A DNA stretch of 64,000 nucleotides from Mobula hypostoma (Eukaryota), in assembly GCF_963921235.1 (NCBI RefSeq), contig NC_086108.1, positions 93,126,001-93,190,000 on the forward strand, in the 5' to 3' direction. Below are positions 12,222-26,004 of this stretch, piece after piece (the first letter of the stretch is position 1; each line of letters begins with the position of its first letter). A program made the position numbers and the translations under genes. The notes under the pieces were generated by a model. That model ran no database searches. It worked only from the letters and a program-made list of their open reading frames with translations, and had not been told where the DNA came from.

Positions 12222-13295
12222 ACCAGCCTATAAAAAGTATTCACCACCCCCTTGGAAGTTTACATGGTTTATCGATTTACAACATTGAATCACAATGGAT
12301 TTAATTTGGCTTTTTAGACACTGGTCAACAGAAAAAAAAACTCTTTCATGTCAAAGTGAAAACAAATCTCTACAATGTAATCTAAATTAATGACAAATAT
12401 AAAACAAAAAATAATTGATTGCATAAGCATTCACCCCCTTTAATATGACACACCGAATCATCACTGGTGCAGCCAATTGTTATTTGAAGTCACAGAATTA
12501 GTTAAATGGAGATCTGCTTTTGGAGACCTATCAAGGTGTCTTAATTGATTGTAGCAAAAAAACTGGAAGGCCCAACTGCTGGTGTGTCGGTATCTTGGCA
12601 AAAACTACACCATGAAGACAAAAGAACACTCCAAGCAACTCCACTAAAAGGTTATTGAAAAGCACAAGTCAGGAGATGGATACAAGAAAATTTCCAAGTC
12701 ACTGAATATCCCTTGGAGTAGTTGAGTCAATCGTCAAGAAATGGAAAGAATATGGCACAGATTTAAATCTGCCTAGAGCAGGTTCGTTCTCAAAAACTGA
12801 GTGACCGTGCAAGAAGAGGACGAGTGAGGGAGACCACCAAGAGACCTATGACAATTTGGGAAGCATTACAAGATTCAGTGGCTGAGAAGGGAGAGACTGT
12901 ACATACAACAACTGTTGCCTGGGTGCTTCACTAGTTACAGCTTTATGGGAGAGTGGCAAAGAGAAAGCCACTGTTGAAAAAAACTCACATGAAATCTCAG
13001 CTAGAGTTTGCCAGAAGGCATGTGGGAGACTCTGAAGTCAGCTGGAAGAAGGTTCTATGGTCTGATGAAACTATAATTGAGCTTTTTGACCATCAGACTA
13101 AAGGGTACATTTGTTGTAAGCCAAACAGCGCATATCATCAAAAGCACTCCGTCCCTACCGTGAAGCATGGTGGAGGCTGCATCATGCTGTGGGGATGCTT
13201 CACTACAGCAGGCCCTGGGATGCTTCACTACAGCAGGCCCTGGAATGCTTGTGAAGGTAGAGTTAAAATGAATGCAGTAAAATACAGGCAAATAG
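12222..13295 (+). mobile_element. Tc1-like transposon, left TIR and broken transposase, 3'-truncated
   Basis: CCTATAAAAAGTATTCACC TIR; ATG at 12612; KKVLWSDET and KHGGGCIMLWGCF motifs; short tandem duplication at about 13192-13245. Confidence 0.9.
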
Positions 13296-13299
13296 ACAG

Positions 13300-14485
13300 A
13301 GAAACATAGAAAACATGGAACACCTACAGCAACAATACAGGCCCTTTGGCCCATAAAGCTGTGCCAAACATATCTTTATCTTAGAAATTACCTAGGGTTA
13401 CCCATAGCCCTCTATTTTTCTAAGCTCCATGTACCTATCCAGGAGTCTCTTAAAAGACCTTATCGTATCCGCCTCCATCACTGCTGCCGGCAGCCCATTC
13501 CATGCACTCACCACTCTCTGTGTAAAAAGCTTACCCCTGACATCTCCTCTGTACCTTCTTCCCAACACCTTAAAACTGTGCCCTCTCGTGCTAGTCATTT
13601 CAGCCCTGGGAAAAAGCCTCTGATTATCCACATGATCAATGACTCTCATCATCTTATACACCTCTATCAGGTCACATCTCCAAGGAGAAAAGGCCGAGTT
13701 CACGCAACCTATTCTCATAAGGCATGCTCCCCAATCCAGGCAACATCTTTGTAAATCTCCTCTGCACCCTTTCTAAGGTTTCCACATTCTTCTTGTAGTG
13801 AGGCAACCAGAACTGAGCACAGTACTCCAAGTGCAGTCCTATATAGCTGCAACATTACCTCTCTGCTCCTAAACTCAATCTCACGATTGATGAAGGCCAA
13901 TGCACCATATGCCTTCTTAACCACAGAGTCAACCTGTGCAGCAGCTTTGCATGTCCTATGGACTTGGACCCCAAGATCCCTCTGATCCTCCACACTTCCA
14001 AGAGACCTACCATTAATAATATATTCTGCCATCATATTTGACCTACCAAAGTGAACTACTTCACAATTATCTGGGTTGAACTCCATCTGCCAATTCTCAG
14101 CCCAGTTTTGCATCCTATCAATGTCCCACTGTAACCTGACAGCCCTCCACACTGTCCACAACACCTCCAACCTTTGTGTCATCAGCAAATTTACTAACCC
14201 ATCCCTCCACTTCCTCATCCAGGTCATTTACAAAATTCATGAAGAGTAGGGATCCCAGAACAGATCTCTGAGGCACTCCACTAGTCACTGACCTCCAGGC
14301 AGAATATGACCTGTCTATAACCACCCATTGCCTTCTGTGGACAAGCCAGCTCTGGATCCACAAAGCAATGTCCCCTTGGATCCCATGCCTCCTTACTTTT
14401 TCAATAAACCTTGCATGGGGTACCTTATCAAGTGCCTTGCTGAAATCCATATACACTACATCTACTGCTCCACCTCATCAATGTG
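13300..14485 (-). mobile_element. CR1 LINE RT 3' fragment
   Basis: YMDFSKALDKVPH, GVPQRSVLG, KFADDTK, RTRGHSFK-like motifs; same subfamily as 43345-45132. Confidence 0.95.
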
Positions 14486-14494
14486 AAGGATGAG

Positions 14495-15928
14495 AAGGGA
14501 GAATTGATATGGGATAATAAGGAAATGGCAGCGGCTTTGAATGAATATTTTGTGTCGGTCTTCACAGTGGAGGACACGTCTAACATGCCAGAGAGATATG
14601 ATGGGAGGTGAGGACCTCAATACAATAGCTATCACTAAAGAGGTAGTGCTGAGCAAACTTGTGGGCCTGAAGATAGATAAGTTCTCTGGCCTTGATGGAA
14701 TGCATCCCAGGGTACTGAAAGACATGGCGGAGTTAGAGTAGAGGCTTTGGTGTTAATTTACCAAAATTCTCTAGACTCTAGGCAGGTCCAGCAGATTGGA
14801 AGATGGCAAATATCATACCACTGTTCAAAAAAGGATGTAGACAAAAGGCAGGTAACTATAAGCCAGTTAATTTAATATCTGTAGTTAGGCAAATGCTTGA
14901 AGATATCATTAAAGAAGAAATAGTGAAGCATCTGGAAAAAATTGTATCCATCAGGCAGATGCAACATGGATTCAGCAAAGGGAGATCCTGTTTGACAAAC
15001 TTACTGGAGTTCTTTGAGGATATAATGAGCACAGGGGATAGAGGGAAACAGATGGATGTCATTTACTTGGATTTCCAGAAGGTGTTCAATAAGGTGCCGC
15101 ATAAAAGACTCATCCATAAAATAAGGAGGCATAGAGTTGGGAGTGATGTATTAGCATGGATAGAGAATCAGTTAACGAATATAAGGCAGAGAGTTGGGAT
15201 ACACAGGTGTTACTTTGGTTGGCAATCAGTGGTGAGCAGTGTGCCACAGGGGTCGGTGCTGGGCCCGCAACTGTTCATGATATACATTAACAATCTGGAA
15301 GAGGGGACCAAATGTAGTGTATCTGAGTTTCATAATGGAAAAGCAAATTGTGCAAAAGAAAGGGTGAGTCTGCAGAGAGATATAGATAGATTAAATAAGT
15401 GGGCATGGGTCTGGCAGATGGAGTACAACGTCGGTAAATGCAAGGTCATCTACTATGGAAGGAAAAATGAAAGAGCAGACTATTATTTAAATGGTAAAAT
15501 TTGCAGCATGCTGCTGTGCAGAGGGATTTGGGAGTGCTCGTACATGAATCACAAAAGATTGGTTTGCAGGTACAGCAGCCTATCAAGAAGGCAAATGGAA
15601 TGTTGGCCTTCATTGCTAGAGGGATTGAATTTAAAAGCAGGGAGGTTATGCTGCAACTGTACAGGGTACTAGTGAGGCCGCACCTGGAGTAACTGCATGA
15701 AGTTCTGGTCTCCTTACTTGAGGGAGGATATATTGGCTTTGGAGGTGGTGCAGAGGAGGTTCCATCAGATTGATTTCAGAGATGAGGGCATTAGACTATG
15801 AGGATAGATTGAGTTGCCTGGGACTGTACTCACTGGAATTCAGAAGAATGAGAGGAGATCTTATAGAACCATATAACATTATGAAAGGGATGGATAAGAT
15901 AGAGGCTGCAGTGTTGTTTCCACTGGTA
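14495..15928 (+). mobile_element. CR1 LINE RT fragment
   Basis: ORF 14803-15672: [51 protein letters not shown]. Confidence 0.95.
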
Positions 15929-16329
15929 GGCCACCAGTCACAGGCTTACACTCAGAGAGGCAACCATCTACTACCACTCTCTGGCTTCTCCTGTGAAGCT
16001 AATGTCTAATCCTATTTACAATCTTATCCTGAATGTGCTGGTGAAACATTGGAATGTTTCTAGCCAAGGGAGCCATGGAGGTGCAGTCCATGACCAAGTT
16101 CCAAACAGACATCAGTGGTTTGTCTGAGTTTCCAGGATATGGAGTTAGTGCATCAAGGTTGGGCTGAGATCATAGTGACTAGCAGAGCAGACACATGGGG
16201 CCAACCAAACAGGCTCCTGTTTCTATTTCTTACGTACCTGCTTTTAGCAACTGAGCACCTCTTCATGTAAATCTCCATCCCACGCCCAAGAATGAAAGTT
16301 ACACGCTGAGCAAATGATGCCCAGTTAGA

Positions 16330-18840
16330 TCATAAGACCATAAAACCATTCAGCCCATCAAGCCTGTTCAGTCATGGCTGAACATGACAAATCACAGCTG
16401 ACTTGTTATCCCTCTCAACCCCATTTTCCTGACTTCTCTCCACAACCTTTGATACCCTGACTAATCAAGAAACTATCAAACTCTACTTTAAATATACCCA
16501 ATGAATTAGCCTCTACAGCTAAGTCACTGGCAACAAATTCCACAGATTCACTGTCCTCTGGCTAAAGAAATTCTTCCTTACCTCACTTCTGAATGGACAT
16601 CCCTCTATTCTGAGGCTGAAATATCCTCTCCATGTCCACTCTATCTAGGGCTTTCAATATTCAATAGGTTTCAATGATACCTCCCCCTCATTCTTCTAAA
16701 CTCCAATGAGTACAGACCCAGAGCCATCAATGGTCCTCATATATTAACCCTGTCAATCCTGGAATAATTCTTATAACCCTCTTCTAGACCATCTCCAATG
16801 CTAGCACACCTTTTCTTAGATAAGGGACCCAAAACTGCTCACAATACTCTAAGTGAGGTCTGACCAATGCTATACAAAGCCTCAGCATTACATCCTTACG
16901 TTAATATTCTAGTCCTCTTGAAATGAATGCTATCATTGCATTTGCCTTCCTTACTAATGACTCAATCTGCAAGTTAACCTTTATGGAATCCTGCACAAGA
17001 ATTCACAAGTCCCTTTGCATCTCTGATTTTTGGAATTTCTCCCCTTTTAGAAAATAGTTTACGCCTTTATTCTTTCTGCCAAAGTGCATGACCATACACT
17101 TCCCTACACTATATTCCATCTTCATGTAATGAGATCTTCAGGCATGGTGTAAACTGAAGGTTCAAAGGCAGAAAGTAACAATGAGGATTTATTCGAAGAA
17201 CATAACATATGACTCAGAATGGACATACCCAGGAGGGCTAGAGTACACAGAACGTTACTTCACTCAGAGATGAGTGCTAGACATGACAAACCCCCGTGCC
17301 AATCAAAATCAAAACTCAATAAACTAAAAATAGGATGCACGAGGAAGCCACATTCAAATAACAAGCGGCATGAAAACCACAAGAAAAACTTAATGACAAA
17401 ACTAGTTCCTTAACAAATTAGTGATATCCAGGTGTGTCGGAGTGCCGAGGCCTGACATTTTCTGGCACCCCATGCTAGTCTGAGGAGTTCATGACACAAT
17501 GTCCACCCTTCCAATCTGTCCAAGTCCTTCTGCAGACTTACCACTTCCTCAGCACTACCTGCTCCTCCACCTATCTTCATATTGTCCACAATTCCATCAT
17601 CCAAATCATTGACATTTGACGTGAGAAGAATTGGTCCCTATACTGACCCCTATGAACACCACTAGTCACTAGCCACCAACCAGAAAAGGCTCCTTTATTT
17701 CCACTGTTTTCCTCTTGCTAGTCAGCCAATCTTCTACCATGCTAGTATCTTTCCTGTAATACCATGGGCTCGTATCTTGTGCGGCACCTTGTCAAAGGCC
17801 TTCCAAAAATCCAAGTAAATAACATCTACTAACTCTCCTTTATCTATCCTGCCTGTTATTTGCTGAAAGAATTACAATGTATTTGTCAGGCAAGATTTCC
17901 CCTTAAGGAAACTTTGGTCTATTTTATCATGTGCCTCCAAGTACCCCAAAACTTTATCTTTATAATGGATTCCAACATCTTCCCAACCACTGTAGTCAAG
18001 CTAACAAGCCTATAATTTACTTTTTTCTGCCTCCCTCCTTTCTTGAAGAGTAGAGTGACACTTGCAATTTTCCAGTCTTCCGGAACTATTCCTGAATTTA
18101 ATGATGTATAAAAGATCAATACTACTGCCTCCACAATTTCTTCAGCTATTTCTATCAGAACCCTGGGGTATAGTCTATCTGGTCCAGGTGATGTATCTAT
18201 CTTCAGACCCTTCAGCTTCCTAAGCACCTTTTCCTTAGTAATAGCAACTACACTCACTCATGCCCCCGACACTCCTGAATTTTTGGCGTACTGCTAGCAT
18301 TTTCCACAGTGAAGACTGACACAATAGTCTCATTCAGTTCAGCCACCATTTCTTTGTTCTCCATTACTACCTCTCGGGCATCATTTTCCAGTGGTGCTAT
18401 ATCCAGTATCACGTCTCTTTTATTCTTTATTTATTTGGAAAAACTTTTGGTATCCTCTTTTTATTATTGGCTAGCTTCTCTCATACTTTACCTTTCTCTC
18501 CTTATGGCTTTTTCACTTGCCTTCTGTTGGATTTTAGAAGTTTCCCAATCCTCTAACTTCCCACTAATTCTTGCTCTTCTGTTGCTTTTCTGCTGTCTTT
18601 GACTTCCTGAGTCAGCCACGGTTGCATCATCGTTCCTTTAGAATACTTATTCTTCAGGATGAATCTATCCTGCGTCTTCCGAATTGCTCCCAAAAATTCC
18701 AGAGGCTGCTGTTCTCACCGTTCCTGATTGTGTCTCTTCCAATCCACTTTGGCCAGCTCCTCTCCCAGGTCTCTATCACTGCCATATTGATAGACTTTAG
18801 CTCCTCCTTCTCAAACTGCAGAGTGAATTCTATCACGTTA
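16330..18840 (-). mobile_element. Degraded CR1 LINE with internal deletions and an insertion at about 17125-17496
   Basis: SPGPDRLYPRVL, NYRLVSLTTVVGKMLES; nucleotide similarity to 8670-10912. Confidence 0.9.
17125..17496. mobile_element. Possible solo LTR inserted in CR1
   Basis: TGTAATGA...TCATGACA inverted ends (7/8) interrupting CR1; no TSD visible. Confidence 0.35.
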
Positions 18841-19109
18841 ATGGCAAAAACATTAAGATCAATGAGGAGCTCAAGAGAATCTTTAAATGTGTTAAAGTAC
18901 ATATTGGCGGGTGCATTAGATTACAAATGAAGTAAAACAGACACGGAGTTGGCAGAAGGAAGGGCCAGCACAATACAGAGTTTCTCTAAAAATCATTTCA
19001 TTACTGACATGAGCTGTGTCAGTATAGATGCTCCTGCAATTGTTCAGTCAACAAACTGATACAAGATAGACCAGAATAATACAGATTATCAATAATCTGT
19101 GCTTTTTAA

Positions 19110-19350
19110 AAAGATATTAGCTTTATTTGTCACAGGTACATAGAAACACACTGTGAAATATGTCATTTTTGTGTCAACAACAAACACAGCCTGAGGTTGT
19201 GCTGTGAACAGCCTGCAAGTCTCACCGTGCTTTCGGCAGCAACAGAACATGCCCATGATTTACTAACCTTAACCCATATGTCTTTGGACTGTGGGAGGAA
19301 ATTGAAACCCATATGGTGCCAGGGAGAATGTATAAACTCCTTACAGACAG
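19110..19350 (-). mobile_element. V-SINE, tail type B
   Basis: ATTAGCTTTATTTGTCAC...TCTTTGGACTGTGGGAGGAAA...AAACTCCTTACAGACAGC. Confidence 0.8.
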
Positions 19351-19579
19351 CATTGACACTAACTGGCACGCATCCATGCTGTCAGAGATCATACCTCTGG
19401 GCCGCCTACAATTGAATGTGCTTGTCCTGCGGTATTAGAGTAAGCTGAATTTAATCTGTCCAGTTTAAAGTTTAACGTACCGGAAGGTTTTAGAATAAAG
19501 CTATTCTTCATGTTGTAGTGACTAAACCTTAAGTCAGGAACCAAGCACGGCAGAGTGACACAGAGACTGACTCAGAGAC

Positions 19580-20165
19580 TGTTTGTCATTGTCACGTGCA
19601 CCAAGGTGCAGTAAAAAACCTGCCTTGCGTACGATCCATACAGATAATTCATTATGATAGTACATTGAAGTAATACAAGGTAAAACAATCACAGATTGCA
19701 GAGTAAACTGTTATGGTGCAGAGCAAGTGGAGTGCAGGCAGATAATAAGGTGCAAGGTCATAACGAAGAGATTATGAGGTCGAGGTCCATCTAATTGTAC
19801 TTGGAAAACTTTCGAAAGTCATACAGCAGTGGGATAGAAGTTGTCCTTGAGCCTGGTGGGATGTCCTTTCAGGTTTTTGAATCTTCTGCCCAGTGAGAAA
19901 AAGGTTGGTGAAATTTTTGATTATGCTGGCTGCTTCACCAAGGCAGCAAGAAATGCAGACAGAGTTCTCGAAGGCGAGGCCAGCTGCCATGATGTGCTGA
20001 CCTGTGTCCATAACTACCTGCAGTTTCTTCTGGTTCTGCACAGAGTAGTTGCCATAGCAAGCAGCGATGCATTTACCGTGCATTGATAAGAATCGGTGAG
20101 GGTGAAAGGGGACATGTGAAATCTCTTTAGCCTCCCGAGGAAGTAGAGGCTCTGGTGAGCCTTCT
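19580..20165 (-). mobile_element. Degraded Rex1/Babar LINE 3' fragment
   Basis: CIAACYGN..KKLQVVMDTGQHI..AASIIK matches other Rex1 C-terminal fragments. Confidence 0.7.
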
Positions 20166-20849
20166 ATTATTGAAGAACAATAGTAGATATTGAAGAAAAA
20201 GTATTTTTGGAAGTTACTTCTTCTCTCTGCCACCTTTTTACTGAAATACCAGCCATTAAATAATTGAAAAAAGGAAAATTAAGCAATTACAGCGCAAGTG
20301 TCGACCTTGTAATGAAGATGAAGGAGACTGTGAGTGTCTTTTGGACTCTGTACAACACCTAATCTGAACACAGCTTTGTAAATGTAGAATGTAATTTGAG
20401 GACTGGAGTAGATGAATAAATGTTCATAAGCAATCAAACACAAAAATATTTTAAATAGAATTATGTAAAGAAATTATAAAAGTATGCGTCATGTTTTGGA
20501 TCACAACAACTTTACTGGCCTGACTGTCCAGTTCTAACAAGTTCATTTAAGTTAACTAATAAACTTCGTCTAGTTAAAAAACGAATTGAATTTGAATGGG
20601 TGAGTTTTGATTTCCTAAGTTCGAGTACAAGGCTAAGAAAGCACTGTTGGGTTTTGATGGTGCAGTGATGGAATTCTATATGCTTCATAGAGAACTTCAC
20701 AAAGTCAAATGCAGGTAGGACTTTCACATGAGTGGCAGGGCTCTGGAGTGTTTTGTCAAATGGAGAGCCCTTGGAGTACAAGTACATTGTTCATGAAAGG
20801 TAAAGTCAAAGGAAAAACAAGTGGTGTAGAGGCTTTTGGCACACTGATC

Positions 20850-22362
20850 TGAATTGAATTGAAATGAATTGACTTTACTTCTTACATCCTTCCTATACAT
20901 GAGGAATAAAAATCTTTAGGTTACGTCTCCATCTAAATGTGCAATGTGAAATTTATAGTAACTTATAACAAATAGTATGTACAACAGGACGGTCAATGTA
21001 ATATAGAAATACAATTGTAACAGGATGAGTTAATCAGACTGATGGCCTGGTGGAAGAAGCTGTCCCGGAGCCTGTTGGTCCTGGCTTTTATGCTGCGGTA
21101 CCGTTTCCCGGATGGTAGCAGCTGAAACTGTTTGTGATTGGGGCGACTCAGGTCCCCAGTGTTCCTTCGGGCCCCTTTTACACACCTGTCTTTGTAAATC
21201 TCCTGAAAAGTGGGAAGTTCACAGCTACACTGGGCTGTCCACACCACTCTCTGCAGAGCCCTGCCATTGAAGGAAGGACTGTTCCTGTACCAGTCAGTGA
21301 TGCAGCCAGTCAAGTCGCTCTGAGTTATGCCCCTGTAGAAAGTTCTTAGGATTTGGGGGTCCATACCAAACTTCTTCAACCATCTGAGGTGAAAGAGGCG
21401 CTGTTGTGCCTTTTACACTACACAGCCAGTATGTACAGACCACGTGAGATCCTCAGCGATGTTTATGCCGAGGAACTTAAAACTGTTCACCCTCTCAACC
21501 CCAGAACCATTGATGTCAATAGGGGTTAGCCAGTCTTCATTCCTCCTATAGTCCACAACAAGCTCCTTTGTTTTTGCAACATTGAGGGAGAGATTGTCTT
21601 CTTGACACCACTGTGTCAGGGTGATGACTTCTTCACTATAGGCTGTCTCATTATTATTTGAGATTAGGCCAATCAGTGTAATGCCATCAGCAAATTTAAT
21701 TAGCAGATTGGAGCTGTGGATGGCGACACAGTCATGGGTATACAGAGCGTAAAGGCGGGGGCTTAGGACACAGCCCTGAGGGGCACCTGTGTTGAGGCTC
21801 AGAGGGGCAGAGGTGAGGGAGCCCACTCTTACCAGCTGTTGGTGATCTGACAGGAAGTCCAGGATCCAGCTGCACAAGGCAGGGTCAAGGCCAAGGTCTC
21901 TGTGCTTCTTGTTGAGCCCGGAGGGAATTTTGGTGTTGAATGCTGAACTATAGTCCAAGAACAACATTCTCACATAGGCATCCTTTTTCTCCAGATGTGT
22001 AAGGACAGTATGTAGAGCTGTGACGACTGCATCTTCTGTTGTTTGGTTGTGTCAGCAGGTGAATTGTACAGGGTCCAGTTTGGGTGGCAGCATGCTGCAG
22101 ATGTAATGCCAGACTAGTCTCTCAAAGCACTTACTTATTATTGAAGTGAGGGCGACAGGATGTCAGTCGTTCAGGCATGTTACCTTGGTCTTTTTAGGCA
22201 CAGGCACAATGGTGGATGTTTTGAAGCAGGAGAGCACTCTACACTGGGAGAGGGAGAGATTAAAAATGTCTGTAAACACACCTGTCAGTTGTGTCGCACA
22301 CATCCTGAGTACCCACCCTGGGATGCCGCCCGGTCCCGCAGCCTTGTGACTGTCCACCTGTT
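20850..22362 (-). mobile_element. Rex1/Babar LINE RT 3' part, pseudogenised
   Basis: [38 protein letters not shown] (YADD decayed), KTKELVVDYRR, PSGKRYRSIKARTNRL; (TTCAA)n tail. Confidence 0.92.
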
Positions 22363-22627
22363 GGAAACACTGGCTTTCATAAGTCAGGACATTGAGAATA
22401 AAAGTCAGCAGGGAATAGTACAGGATGCTGGTGAGGTTACTCTTGGAGTATAATGTTCATTTTTGGTCACCCTGACATGGGAAAGATCTTTTGAAACTGG
22501 AAAGAGAGCAGAAAAGATTTCTAAATATGTTGCCAGGGCTGAGTTATACTTTATTCCTTGGAAATGTAGAAAACTAAGAGGTGATTTTATAGAGGCAAAT
22601 AAAATCATGATGAGCAAAGGTAGCATA

Positions 22628-25210
22628 CCAGCTCTCATCCGTGCCAGGTCTTTACCATCCCCTCCGACCTTCAACTGTCGGAGGCAGAACACTCTGTCCT
22701 CAGTAAGGGCCTCACCTTCGTCCCCCTTTGCCCACACCTCAGCGAATTCCGTGTTCGCCACGATGCGGAATTCTTCTTCCGCCGTCTCCGAGCCTACTTC
22801 TTCAGCAAGGACTCTTCCACCCGCACCGATGACCCCTTCTCCTGTCTTCAACCCTCCTCTTCTTCATGGACACCCCGCTCTGGTCTTCTTCCTGCTCTGG
22901 ATCTCTTTATTGCTAACTGCCAACGGGACATCAACCGTCTCGACTTCACCGCACCTTGTTCCAATTCCAACCTCACTCCTTCGGAACGCTCTGCTCTCCA
23001 CTCCCTCCACACTAATCCTAACCTTATTATTAAACCCGCCGATAAGGGGGGCGCTGTTGTAGTCTGGCGTACTGACCTCTACCTTGCCAAGACACAGTGA
23101 CAACTCGCGGATACTTCCTCTTATTTACCCCTCGATCGTGACCCCACTAAGGAGCACCAGGCCATTGTCTCCCACACCATCACCGACTTTATCCACTCAG
23201 GGGATCTCCCATCCACTGCTACCGACCTTATAGTTCCCACACCTCGCACTTCCCGTTTCTACCTCCTACCCAAGATCCACAAACCTGCCTGTCCTGGCAG
23301 ACCTATTGTCTCAGCTTGCTCCTGCCCCACCGAACTAGTTTCTGCATACCTCAACACGGTTTTATCCCCCCTTGTTCAATCCCTTCCTACCTATGTTCGT
23401 GACACTTCTCACGCTCTTAAACTTTTCGATGATTTTAAGTTCCCTGGCCCCCACCGCTTTATTTTCACCATGAATGTCCAGTCCCTATATACTTCCGTCC
23501 CCCATCAGGAAGGTCTCAAAGCTCTCCGCTTCTTTTTGGATTCCAGACCCAATCAGTTCCCTTCTACCACCACTCTGCTCCGTCTAGCGGAATTAGTCCT
23601 TACTCTTAATAATTTCTCCTTTGGCTCCTCCCACTTCCTCCAAACTAAAGGTGTAGCTATGGGCACCCATATGGGTCCTAGCTATGCCTGCCTTTTTGTT
23701 GGCTTTGTGGAACAATCTATGTTCCGTGCCTATTCTGGTATCTGTCCCCCACTTTTCCTTCGCTACATCAACGACTGCATTGGCGCTGCTTCCTGCACGC
23801 ATGCTGAACTCATTGACTTTATTAACTTTGCCTCCAACTTTCACTCTGCCCTCAAGTTTACCTGGTCCATTTCCGACACCTCCCTCCCCTTTCTAGATCT
23901 TTCTGTCTCTGTCTCTGGAGACAGCTTATCCACTGATGTCTACTATAAGCCTACTGACTCTCACAGCTATCTGAACTATTCCTCTTCTCACCCTGTCTCT
24001 TGCAAAAATGCCATCCCCTTCTCGCAATTCCTCCATCTCCGCCACATCTGCTCTCAGGATGAGGCTTTTCATTTCAGGACAAGGGAGGTGTCCTCCTTTT
24101 TTAAAGAAAGGGGCTTCCCTTCCTCCACTATCAACTCTGCTCTCAAATGCATCTCCCCCATTTCACATACATCTGCTCTCACTCCATCCTCCCGCCACCC
24201 CACTAGGAATAGGGTTCCCCTGGTCCTCACCTACCACCCCACCAGCCTCCGGGTCCAACATATTATTCTCCGTAACTTCTGCCACCTCCAACGGGATCCC
24301 ACCACTAAGCACATCTTTCCCTCCCTACCTCTCTGCTTTCTGCAGGGATCGCTCCCTACGCAACTCCCTTGTCCATTCGTCCCCCCCATCCCTCCCCACT
24401 GATCTCCCTCCTGGCACTTATCCTTGTAAGTGGAACAAGTGCTACACATGCCCTTACACTTCCTCCCTTACCACCATTCAGGGCCCCAGACAGTCCTTCC
24501 AGGTGAGGCGACACTTCACCTGTGAGTCGGCTGGGGTGATATACTACATCCGGTGCTCCCGATGTGGTCTTCTATATATTGGCGAGACCCGACGCAGACT
24601 GGGAGACCGCTTTGCTGAACACCTACCTCTGTCCGCCAGAAAAAGCAGGATCTCCCAGTGGCCACACATTTCAATTCCACGTCCCATTCCCATTCTGACA
24701 TGTCTATCCACGGCCTCCTCTACTGTAAAGATGAAGCCACACTCAGGTTGGAGGAACAACACCTTATATTCCGTCTGGGTAGCCTCCAACTTGATGGCAT
24801 GAACATTGACTTCTCTAACTTCCGCTAATGCCCCACCTCCCCCTCGTACCCCATCTGTTATTTATTTTTATACACACATTCTTTCTCTCACTCTCCTTTT
24901 TCTCCCTCTGTCCCTCTGACTATACCACTTGCCCATCCTCTGGGTTCCCCGCCCCCTTGTCTTTCTCCCCGGACCTCCTGTCCCATGATCCTCTCATATC
25001 CCTTTTGCCAATCACCTGTCCAGCTCTTGGCTCCATCCCTCCCCCTCCTGTCTTCTCCTATCATTTTGGATCTCCCCCTCCCCCTCTCAAATCTCTTACT
25101 AACTCTTCCTTCAGTTAGTCCTGACGAAGGGTCTCAGCCTGAAACGTCGACTGTACCTCTTCCTAGAGATGCTGCCTGGCCTGCTGCGTTCACCAGCAAC
25201 TTTGATGTGT
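22628..25210 (+). mobile_element. Penelope-like retroelement (RT plus GIY-YIG endonuclease), near-complete but inactivated
   Basis: LSKGLTFVP, KPADKGGAVV, GVAMGTHMGPSYA, RYINDC (YIDD decayed), VIYYIRCSRCGLLYIGETRRRLGDRFAEH; TGA at 23098 and frameshifts; flanked by GTAGCATA direct repeats (22620-22627, 25211-25218) inside an old CR1 fragment. Confidence 0.95.
25117..25152 (+). ncRNA. Minimal type I hammerhead ribozyme motif in the Penelope terminal repeat
   Basis: AGTC-CTGACGA-A-GGGT-CTCA-GCCT-GAAAC-GTC-GACT: both catalytic boxes, stem I AGTC/GACT, stem II, palindromic ACGT stem III, GUC cleavage triplet. Confidence 0.8.
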
Positions 25211-25434
25211 GTAGCATATATGTACTCAGTCTTTTTTCCAGGGGTTGGGTAATCAAGAACTAGTGGGCATAGGTGAGGAGGGAGCATTTTATAGCAAGCT
25301 GAGGGAAATGCTTTTTATACAAAGAGAGGTATCTATGTGGAATGAGCTGTCAGAAGGAGTGATGGAGACAGTATAAAGAACAAAATTTAAAAGACAGCCA
25401 GACAGTTACGTGGATTGGAAAGGTTTAGAAGATT

Positions 25435-25725
25435 TTGGGTGGCACTGTATCACAGCAGTTAGTGTAATGTTTTACAGCACCAGAGACTGGAGTCCTGTTC
25501 CAGCTGCTGTCTGGAAGGAATTTGTACGTTCTCCTGGGACTGTGAAGGTTTCCTCCTGGTGCTGCAGGAGGGAGAGTTAAGGTTGGTAAGCTGTGGGAAA
25601 GCTATACTGGCGCCAGAAACGTGACAGGACTTGTGGCTGCCCCAGGACGTCTTCACACTGTTGACACAAACGATGCATTTCACTCTATGCTTGAATGTTT
25701 CAATACACCTGTGACAAAGAAACCT
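25435..25725 (+). mobile_element. V-SINE, tail type B
   Basis: GGAATTTGTACGTTCTCC body and GACACAAACGATGCATTTCACT..GTGACAAA tail. Confidence 0.7.
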
Positions 25726-26004
25726 AAAAAATTCCAAAATACTGGCAAGTGGGCATTGTGATCAACAAGGACTATTTGGGTTGGGGGGGGGGGGGGTGTC
25801 CTTTCTGAGTGAGTAGATTGATTCAGTAACGATTTGTAGCACATACAGGAAGAGAAATAAATCCATTTTTATACAGTATTCTTGCTGCAGCTCCAGTAAA
25901 TCTTACTGTGTTAAAGCAGACTTCCACATTGATCAATACTTACAATTTTCTAACTATTTTGGTGGGTCCATTTGATTGAGACACCCTTAAGAACTTTTGT
26001 GTAA

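Noticed and set aside
13300..15928. Twin-priming inversion of a single CR1
   Set aside because: The two opposed fragments cover overlapping RT regions and differ in sequence, so they are independent insertions.
25778..25797. G-run as a G-quadruplex element
   Set aside because: Simple homopolymer with no supporting context.
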